64,000 nt of DNA from contig JAVBNQ010000002.1 of assembly GCA_031551405.1 (NCBI GenBank), forward strand, positions 717 to 64,716. Direction: 5' to 3'. Positions 20,740 through 28,100 of the stretch are shown in pieces. The translations under genes were made by a program, and so were the position numbers. Each line of letters opens with the position of its first letter. Positions within the stretch are counted from its first letter, which is position 1. This DNA is from a bacterium (GTDB taxonomy: Bacteria; RUG730). The notes below the pieces were generated by a model. It had not been told where the DNA came from and searched no databases. It saw only the letters and a program-made list of their open reading frames with translations.

Positions 20740-21280
20740 AAATCGCCTCGTCAATTTTATTTTTGTATATTACGCGTAATTTTGCAAAAAAATCCAAATA
20801 ATCTTTCGTCTGATAATCTGGATAAGTCCAAGGCAAAAAACTAAATTTTTTATTTACGTAATTTAAAGTGGTCTCTGCAAAAACGCCTTTGCCGATATAA
20901 ATTCTATGCGAAAAATCTTTGCACGAGGCCAGAACGACTTTTGCAAGAGTCAAATATCCGGGATCTAAATTAAAAATTCGGCTTTGATCTTTTGCATATT
21001 TTGCTTCTAAATTATTAGTGAAAATTTTTATTGCAGAAAGCTCACTTGGATCCACAAGTTTAGCAAAAGCATAAAAGTTTTTAAAGAGACGATTACTTTT
21101 TAATTCCTCATTGTAATAGTCTGTGTAATCAAACTTTATATCTTTCTTTTGCAGTTCGACTTTTCCAAATTTAGAAACTAATTCTACTTCGACGTTGTTA
21201 CAAATTTCTTCGTCAGTATTTTCTGAATAAATAACGCCAATGAACAAATTAACAGGCTCAATCTTTTTTATTTTCGCCAT
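20729..21280 (-). CDS. DUF4416 family protein
   Basis: FDYTDYY..E, R.FNLDPGYL, LAS.KDFSHRIY, LPWTYPDY. Confidence 0.85.
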   Translation of the reverse strand: MAKIKKIEPVNLFIGVIYSENTDEEICNNVEVELVSKFGKVELQKKDIKFDYTDYYNEELKSNRLFKNFYAFAKLVDPSELSAIKIFTNNLEAKYAKDQSRIFNLDPGYLTLAKVVLASCKDFSHRIYIGKGVFAETTLNYVNKKFSFLPWTYPDYQTKDYLDFFAKLRVIYKNKIDEAIYVN

Positions 21281-21281
21281 A

Positions 21282-23294
21282 TCATAAATAGTGTTTTTCT
21301 TTTTCTTGGTTTAAACAGAACGGATTGATTTTGTACTTTGCGAGGAGGGTATAAGCAGTTCCAGCAATTGAAACAGCATATGGAGATCGAGGAGTAACCC
21401 AGCCATGACCAGTCTCAGCAGAAGCGCCTGTAGCATAAGGCAAACCCAATGAGTCGAATTTTTCGCATTCTGCACTAATCAACATTTTTTCAAGCTCTTT
21501 CATATAAAAATTAGCTTTATCTTTGTAATATTTATATTTTTGTTTATCTCTTGATTTAAAATAATCTGCCATCACTTGATAAGTTGTAACCATTTGCGCT
21601 GTCCATTCTGAGGAAACAACGCCTTTCCGACCTAGTCTATCGGGGTTAGTATAATCGAATCCTTTAATATTGTATTGCTCCCCTTCATTATTAGTAAAAT
21701 TTACTTCGACTTTAGTTTTTTTCTCCATAAATTCTATCATTTTTTCAGGATCAATATTTTTTTGATACATCATTTTAGCCCCAATTGCCGGAATACCAAA
21801 CGATGCCGTATCTGTAGCGATCAATCCGTCGTTTTTTCCGCGTTTAAAACGGAACTCGTCTTTAATATAAATATCGTTTATAAGCCAATCTAACACCTTT
21901 TGATAGGCTAGTTTAAATTTGGGATTGTTTGTAAGGGTAAACATCATACGGAACAAAGCATAGGCATCTAAATTGTGCTCGGTCGAGTACCAATTAACGT
22001 CTGTCCCACCTTTTATCCCACCATCTCTATCTTGTAAGCTTATTATGAAATTAGCGATATTGTAAACATCTTTTAAATAAGTTCTATCTTCTGTCGCTTC
22101 AATGTATTTCAAAATTGCCATAGCGAGCCACGCGTTTGGTCCAACGTGAACCGTCCACTCCATGACTCCACCATTATTCACGTGATATGCATTCAGGAAA
22201 ACGCCAGCACTCTTTCGCGCTTTAAATACAAAAAAATCTATTAAACGTTTTGCATTCCCTAAATCTTTTTTCTCTATAAAGTTCAAAATACATAAAGCTT
22301 GATCATATGTAAAAGCTATATTTTCCAGCTCAGAATCTCCTTTATAGCTACAAACAAGCCCGGTAAGTGGAGATTGGTTATTCTTTATCCAATTATACAT
22401 GAGAGCTACTTTTTTGTCTGCCAGATTTTCCGACGAACTCTCCAATTCATCTTGTTTTTTTACCAAAATCTCTTGCTCTTGCACAAGTTCAATAAGTTTT
22501 TTCTTAATTAAATTTCTATTTTTATCGATTTCCTTAAGCTTTGTTTCATAAGCTTTATGATCAATAGATAGGGAAGCACCACTTGTGGCAGGCCCGTTTG
22601 AGTTTATCTCTTTCATCTCGCGAATATTATCTAAACCAGATTGGACAATTGCCTTTGCAGATTTTTGAGTCAAAGAGGATAAATTGATAATTTCTTGATT
22701 TGCCACATTTAAATTCTGTTCTAATTCACTTTTCAGTTTTTCTAATTTTAACAACTCCAAGTTAATTCTCTTTTTCTCATCGTTTATAATGAATAGTTCT
22801 TTATTTAATTTTACATTGATAAATTTTAGACGTACGTCATTAACAAAAGATAACAAACAGACAGCTGCAAACAAAATCCCTATTAAAAAAATCTGCCGAG
22901 GACGCCTATTTAAAGACGCAGCATATTTTACAAGATTCCTCGTATCTTTTTCTGCTGGAGCTGTAAAAAAGACCCCTATTTTGTATTTTTGCATTAAATT
23001 TGTTTGTGATTTATCTATCCATTTTGGTTGAGAAGGGATTGAAAGAGTGGATGAAGAGTTTGGGAGGTCAACATTCAATAAAAAACTATAACCTTCGTTT
23101 AAAACTTTCTCTGCGAGCTTATCGTCAAAATTTACTATATCGACACACAAGCCGCCATCGTTAATATCTCGTGTAAACCCCTGATAAACGGTTTGCCACA
23201 TCAAGTTTGCATCTTTATCTACAAGTAAAACGCTTACCGGTAAAGTGAATGGAACACGTATATATTTTCTATTATTAATGATTATTCTCGGCAC
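21282..23294 (-). CDS. PilZ - TM - coiled coil - putative (alpha/alpha)6 glycan-active domain protein
   Basis: RKYIR and RDINDGG PilZ motifs; TM IFLIGILFAAVCLLSFV; heptad region; C-terminal FTYDQAL, GPNAW, STEHNLDAY, SEWTAQ six-hairpin-like motifs. Confidence 0.7.
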   Translation of the reverse strand: MPRIIINNRKYIRVPFTLPVSVLLVDKDANLMWQTVYQGFTRDINDGGLCVDIVNFDDKLAEKVLNEGYSFLLNVDLPNSSSTLSIPSQPKWIDKSQTNLMQKYKIGVFFTAPAEKDTRNLVKYAASLNRRPRQIFLIGILFAAVCLLSFVNDVRLKFINVKLNKELFIINDEKKRINLELLKLEKLKSELEQNLNVANQEIINLSSLTQKSAKAIVQSGLDNIREMKEINSNGPATSGASLSIDHKAYETKLKEIDKNRNLIKKKLIELVQEQEILVKKQDELESSSENLADKKVALMYNWIKNNQSPLTGLVCSYKGDSELENIAFTYDQALCILNFIEKKDLGNAKRLIDFFVFKARKSAGVFLNAYHVNNGGVMEWTVHVGPNAWLAMAILKYIEATEDRTYLKDVYNIANFIISLQDRDGGIKGGTDVNWYSTEHNLDAYALFRMMFTLTNNPKFKLAYQKVLDWLINDIYIKDEFRFKRGKNDGLIATDTASFGIPAIGAKMMYQKNIDPEKMIEFMEKKTKVEVNFTNNEGEQYNIKGFDYTNPDRLGRKGVVSSEWTAQMVTTYQVMADYFKSRDKQKYKYYKDKANFYMKELEKMLISAECEKFDSLGLPYATGASAETGHGWVTPRSPYAVSIAGTAYTLLAKYKINPFCLNQEKEKHYL

Positions 23295-23326
23295 TTAAAC
23301 CTGCTCCAATTATTAACATACATTAA

Positions 23327-24196
23327 TTATTTTTTTTCAAAATAAACGTTATCAAGCAAAAATTCTCCAGACGTTTTTGCCGCTGTAACAAATAGCAGTT
23401 GCCTAAATTGCCTTAAAGCAAAACCGTTTTGTGGGATTGAAAATTCTGCTATCCCCCACTCAATGTAATTGTTTAAATTAATTGGAAAATCGTAAGTATC
23501 AGTTACTGTGATAATTCGGAGCGTAAGAGACGAAGCACTGAGTCTAGACTTAATAGCAAATTTAATAGTGTTATAGTTTGATAAATCTGTAATTTGGATT
23601 GGACGGCTAACAGCTGAGACGTATCCAAATTGAAAATATATCCCACCAAGATTCTGGGGGGTATTATCAAGAGTAATTTTCAAGGCTAAATTTCCTTCAT
23701 AAACATCATTGAGTTCTTCACTTATTTTCGTATCATCCCAAATAACACCTATACATCCGCCATTGACATCCCCTGGATTCGGAGTATCTAACTTCATATC
23801 CTGCAAGTAAGGAAATTCATCCGCATAAAAATAATATCTGTTATCTTTAACAGATCTTTCATTCACAAGTCTAAGATTTATGGTTCGAGAAATATTATCA
23901 ACAGAAGCAGTAATGCTAACAGTTTTTGGAGTGCTTATTTTTGGGGCTGTATATAAACCCGCCTTATTTATATCTCCAGCATCTGTACTCCAAACAACTT
24001 GTTTGTCCAATATTTTTCCATTTTTTGAATAGACTTTCGCTTGAAATTGCATACTTTCTTGAGACAGTAGTGTTGCATTATTAGGGATAACATCTATTAA
24101 AAGATTTGAACCTTCTAATCTATCTTTTCTATCGCATCCAATTATACTCAATAAAAATAAAAAAATTATTGAAATAAATAAATTTTTTTTGTTCAT
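23327..24196 (-). CDS. Lipoprotein with Ig-like domain and carbohydrate-binding-like jelly roll
   Basis: Lipobox IIGC; V.P....L...SMQFQA..VVWS...G.I...GLYTAP (bacterial Ig); DLSNYNTIKFAIK...FLLDNVYF. Confidence 0.65.
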   Translation of the reverse strand: MNKKNLFISIIFLFLLSIIGCDRKDRLEGSNLLIDVIPNNATLLSQESMQFQAKVYSKNGKILDKQVVWSTDAGDINKAGLYTAPKISTPKTVSITASVDNISRTINLRLVNERSVKDNRYYFYADEFPYLQDMKLDTPNPGDVNGGCIGVIWDDTKISEELNDVYEGNLALKITLDNTPQNLGGIYFQFGYVSAVSRPIQITDLSNYNTIKFAIKSRLSASSLTLRIITVTDTYDFPINLNNYIEWGIAEFSIPQNGFALRQFRQLLFVTAAKTSGEFLLDNVYFEKK

Positions 24197-24226
24197 AATT
24201 TCTCTATTATTTTAAAGATAGGATTT

Positions 24227-25633
24227 TTATTCAAAACAAATATCATCTAAAAAAATTACTGCCCCATATCTATTATCATATTTTGTAAGTATGAAAGAAA
24301 AGCCACCAATAATATGCGACAAATCTTTATCTGTTAAAAGAATTTCATATTTTTTCCATTCATTTGTCAAGCGGATATTTCCTATCCAAGCGAAATCCGA
24401 ATCCCCATACTGACCCTTTATTCCCCCAACCTTACACTCAGCGATTTTTTCACCGCCATTCTTTCCTTTTGCGTAAAAGACTAATTTTTTCTTCCCTGTT
24501 AAATCAAAACCCTCTTTTCTATTTCCCCAATTATTAGGAGGGTATTGCCACTGCAACCCAACCCAACCTTTTGAACCTGCAGCCTTGTACTCTATTTTTA
24601 TACAACTAGCGCCTCTATATACAACACTAGGATCCGTACAATTAAAATCAACAACAATATCTGTACTATCACCCATCCATCCTGTCGGATAAAAAGAAGC
24701 CTCTTCTCCAAAATCTCTCTGAATAACAAAATCTTGATCTTTTTTATTGCCTAAGATTTTTTTTTTTAGTATCCCTTCTTTTTGATCCAAATATTTTGTT
24801 ATAGCTTCATCATTTAAAGGTTTGTCAAAAAAAATGATCTCTATCGACTTCTCTTTTAAAGTAGGCATCTCAGCTGGAAATAAATAAATATTACTCTCTT
24901 TTTCTCCATTATCAACAAAAATCTTTGCTACTTTCTTTAAATAATTCAAGATCTCTTTATCATTACCCCCTTTGTCATATGCCTTATTCTTATAAACAGC
25001 AATCTTTAACCCTAAATTCTTATTAGACAATTTAATGATATCTACTATCACATCTAGAATATACGACGCACTATTTTTTATTTCGTACGCCCCTTCATCA
25101 AAAACCAAATCTAAATCAATATTTATATTTCTTCCATCTTTTGATACAATAACGCCTTCTTTATCGCGTATCTTATTTACTAAATTTTGAAATTTTTCAT
25201 ATATAACAGAATTTTGAAAAAATTCATTATCGACTATTATTATACTAAGTCTCTCCTTTTCACCCCTCAAATCTTTTTCAAATCCTTCAGTAGACAAAAA
25301 TTTCAAAGTTAGATTCCAATATTTTAACCAATAAAGAAAATAATCTTTTACATTTTTTGCAAGCTTGCCCGCATCTTTTTCTGCCTCACCCTTCCTAGCA
25401 ACAGGAACATCATAACCAATTATCAGGATACTACCATCTTTAATCTTTTCTATCTTTGCTTTTGCAATATCCGATATTATAATGTTGGATTCGAGACTTA
25501 CTTCTTTATTTTGTATATTTTTATTCTCTTGATCTGCATTCGAAATAGCAAAAGAATAAGAAAAAATGTTTACAAAAAAAAGGAAGACAAGAAAAAATTT
25601 TATATCTTTTAAAAATTTATTTTTCGTTTCCAA
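24227..25633 (-). CDS. Exported protein: degenerate OmpA-like domain + CBM-like domain
   Basis: Signal peptide; DLVFDEGAYEIK; C-terminal FYPTGWMGD..GWVGLQWQYPPNNWG..DLTG..IFLDDI; start uncertain (25633 or 25663). Confidence 0.65.
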   Translation of the reverse strand: METKNKFLKDIKFFLVFLFFVNIFSYSFAISNADQENKNIQNKEVSLESNIIISDIAKAKIEKIKDGSILIIGYDVPVARKGEAEKDAGKLAKNVKDYFLYWLKYWNLTLKFLSTEGFEKDLRGEKERLSIIIVDNEFFQNSVIYEKFQNLVNKIRDKEGVIVSKDGRNINIDLDLVFDEGAYEIKNSASYILDVIVDIIKLSNKNLGLKIAVYKNKAYDKGGNDKEILNYLKKVAKIFVDNGEKESNIYLFPAEMPTLKEKSIEIIFFDKPLNDEAITKYLDQKEGILKKKILGNKKDQDFVIQRDFGEEASFYPTGWMGDSTDIVVDFNCTDPSVVYRGASCIKIEYKAAGSKGWVGLQWQYPPNNWGNRKEGFDLTGKKKLVFYAKGKNGGEKIAECKVGGIKGQYGDSDFAWIGNIRLTNEWKKYEILLTDKDLSHIIGGFSFILTKYDNRYGAVIFLDDICFE

Positions 25634-25838
25634 CCAAATCTCCAGACTTGAAAACATCTTCATACTTTAAGTTTAATCGCAGATTACTCTGAGAAGATTC
25701 CAACCTAAATAAAGATGTTTTTGTTTTATAGTTTTCCAAATACCTAGCGAACTCTTCAAAACCAGTTGCTGCAAATAATACATTTAAAAAACACAATATT
25801 ATAAAAAAACTAATCATTAAATTTTTTTTATGATACAT
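25617..25838 (-). CDS. Small exported hypothetical protein (73 aa)
   Basis: MYHKKNLMISFFIILCFLNVLFA signal peptide; fills the gap between co-oriented genes. Confidence 0.5.
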   Translation of the reverse strand: MYHKKNLMISFFIILCFLNVLFAATGFEEFARYLENYKTKTSLFRLESSQSNLRLNLKYEDVFKSGDLVGNEK

Positions 25839-25857
25839 TTTTCTTATGTTTCTAAAT

Positions 25858-26994
25858 TTATTTATAAATAATTTCGTCAAAATAGAAAATAGCACCATCA
25901 GGGTTACTTTCAGCTGTAACAACAAAACAAAAACCACCAATTATATGACTTAAATCTTTACCCTTTAATTTAATTCTATATTTCTTCCATTTTTTTGTTA
26001 ATAATATTGGGCCAAAACTAACATCTGTAGTATCAGGATAAGTTCCTGTAATACCACCGATTTTAAAGTTATCTATTATTTCTCCACCTTTTTCTCCTCT
26101 TACATAAAATTCAACATATTTGGCTCCAGACAAATTCAAACCTTTATTTTCTGTCCCCCAATTGTTAGCTGGATTTTGCCAGTAAATACCTGCCCAACCG
26201 CTTCCCTGCGATTGTTTTGCAGAATAAGCGATTTTTATACAAGAACTTCCTGTCTTAGGATTAACAAAAGATCGAGTAGACAATCTCATATCTCCGTAAT
26301 CACCCATCCACCCTGACGGAATAAAGTTATTTGATTCGTAACCCGCCTCATGATAAACATACGTTTTTATAAATTTTGGAGAAGTTTGTTCTGAGGAGAC
26401 TACTTTAAAATTTTTGGCTTCTTTTCTCTGCTTAGCTTCTAATTTCTTCTGTTTTTTTGCTTCTATTTTTTGCTTTCTCTCAGCTTCTCTCTTTTGCTTC
26501 TCTAGTTCTTTTGCTGAAAGCGTAGAAGACGCAAGACTTTCGCCGGCAGATACTGTTGTTGTCCCTAGACTTGAACTCGACTCCTCAACCAAAGGAAACG
26601 CTGAATTTTTTTTCTGCTTAGCTTCTGACTCTCTCGTTTGTTTCTCTAGTTCTTTTGCTGAAAGCGTAGAAGAGGCAAGACTTTCACCAGCAGATGCCGC
26701 TATTGTTCCTAGACTTGAACTCGACTCCTCAACCAAAGGAAGAGCTGTATTTTTTTTCTGTTTAGCTTCTAATTTCTTCTGTTTTTTTGCTTCTATTTTT
26801 TGCTTTCTTTCCATTGCTCTCTTTTGCTTCTCCATTTCTTTTGCTGAAAGCGTAGAAGACGTAAGATTTTCACCCGCAGATACCGTTGTTGTCCCTTGAC
26901 TCACAATTGGCTCCTCAGCCAAAAGAAATGCTGCATTAAAAAGAAAAATAAAAAACAAACTAATTACCGAAAAAGAAATTTTAACCTTTTGCAT
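25858..26994 (-). CDS. Exported protein: Ser/Lys-rich repeat stalk + CBM-like domain
   Basis: Signal peptide; three repeats; FIPSGWMGD..GWAGIYWQNPANNWG..LNLSG..FYFDEI. Confidence 0.7.
   Translation of the reverse strand: MQKVKISFSVISLFFIFLFNAAFLLAEEPIVSQGTTTVSAGENLTSSTLSAKEMEKQKRAMERKQKIEAKKQKKLEAKQKKNTALPLVEESSSSLGTIAASAGESLASSTLSAKELEKQTRESEAKQKKNSAFPLVEESSSSLGTTTVSAGESLASSTLSAKELEKQKREAERKQKIEAKKQKKLEAKQRKEAKNFKVVSSEQTSPKFIKTYVYHEAGYESNNFIPSGWMGDYGDMRLSTRSFVNPKTGSSCIKIAYSAKQSQGSGWAGIYWQNPANNWGTENKGLNLSGAKYVEFYVRGEKGGEIIDNFKIGGITGTYPDTTDVSFGPILLTKKWKKYRIKLKGKDLSHIIGGFCFVVTAESNPDGAIFYFDEIIYK
26428..26896. repeat. Three imperfect in-frame tandem repeats
   Basis: TCTTTTGCTGAAAGCGTAGAAGA at 26507, 26651 and 26837 (spacings 144 and 186 nt). 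Confidence 0.9.
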
Positions 26995-27008
26995 TTTTCC
27001 CCCATTAT

Positions 27009-27479
27009 TTAATAAGTTTTTACATACGATAAATATATTTTTTTATCATAAAAAGACATTTTTATTTTATTATCTGCATCATAAAGATATTTGTCAGCTG
27101 TTTTATAGGTGTCATATATATTATATATCCAAAACAGCAGTCCAACTCCAACGCATAGATACATGTCATTCATTCTCGATTTGTAATCATCGTAAAGGCC
27201 ATTATCAATACAGCCAGCTTCAAAATAGGAATTATAATTGCTAGATGCAGCGTTGTAGGAATAAATAGACCCTATTATACAGAATGTCGTTAACGTAGCG
27301 AATAAATACCCCTTAGTTTCATATCCCATATAAATTTGCCCTAAACCTGGATATAAAACTGACCTTAAAGTCAAATTATAGTTATTTTTTTCTTCCAAGT
27401 CAACTATTTTTACACTAGAACAAATAAGTGGTGACAACATGCTATATAATATTAAAAACATCGCGAATATTTTTTTCAC
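27009..27479 (-). CDS. Membrane protein, DUF5683-like
   Basis: RSVLYPGLGQIY..KG, WIYNIYD. Confidence 0.6.
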   Translation of the reverse strand: MKKIFAMFLILYSMLSPLICSSVKIVDLEEKNNYNLTLRSVLYPGLGQIYMGYETKGYLFATLTTFCIIGSIYSYNAASSNYNSYFEAGCIDNGLYDDYKSRMNDMYLCVGVGLLFWIYNIYDTYKTADKYLYDADNKIKMSFYDKKIYLSYVKTY

Positions 27480-27481
27480 AA

Positions 27482-28081
27482 TTACTCCTTAATTAATTTT
27501 ATATAGTTTATATATATGTTTGCTGGGTCTGCATTAATATCATCTCTTCCAGTACTTTTAATGACAAATCCTATTATTTTTTTTACGTTCGATAGTGAAG
27601 CAGAAATTGGTATAATATATTCTTTATAATTCACAGAGTCCAGTTGATTGTTTTTCAAAATGATCTTATCAACATCACTGAAGCCTGCAATTTCTAACTC
27701 GCTATTAGCTATATCGCCTTTCAATCCAATTTTAATTTTATTATAATCTGGCTGTGTTAAATTTTTTATACTATCAAAATCAAATTCGAAGCCATAAAAA
27801 CAAACCCTTGCGCCAGTTTCATAAGAAACTCCTATCGAACCATCCCAGTGGACAGCAATATTTTCTTTGTTTATGGTTACCGTGGAATAGTTATTATCAA
27901 CATAATATTTTACTTCACAACCAACCACATTTAGTCCAGCTTTAAATATATCCCAAGATGGTCCATAATTGCTCATATATGAAACAGGATTTGTCAAATT
28001 ATTTCTATCTTTATCTGAACAAGCAAATAAAAATATAAAACTTACGGACAGTAATAAATACTTAAGTTTTAAATTTTTCAT
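27482..28081 (-). CDS. Lipoprotein with CBM-like jelly-roll domain
   Basis: Lipobox LFAC; KNLT..DYNKIKIGLKG, YKEYIIPI, IYINYIKL. Confidence 0.55.
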   Translation of the reverse strand: MKNLKLKYLLLSVSFIFLFACSDKDRNNLTNPVSYMSNYGPSWDIFKAGLNVVGCEVKYYVDNNYSTVTINKENIAVHWDGSIGVSYETGARVCFYGFEFDFDSIKNLTQPDYNKIKIGLKGDIANSELEIAGFSDVDKIILKNNQLDSVNYKEYIIPISASLSNVKKIIGFVIKSTGRDDINADPANIYINYIKLIKE

Positions 28082-28100
28082 GTTTTTCTTCCTCATATTT

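Noticed and set aside
26414-26899. 161-aa plus-strand repetitive ORF; possible CRISPR-like periodicity
   Set aside because: Antisense of the coding repeat; the units are in-frame, long and lack unique spacers
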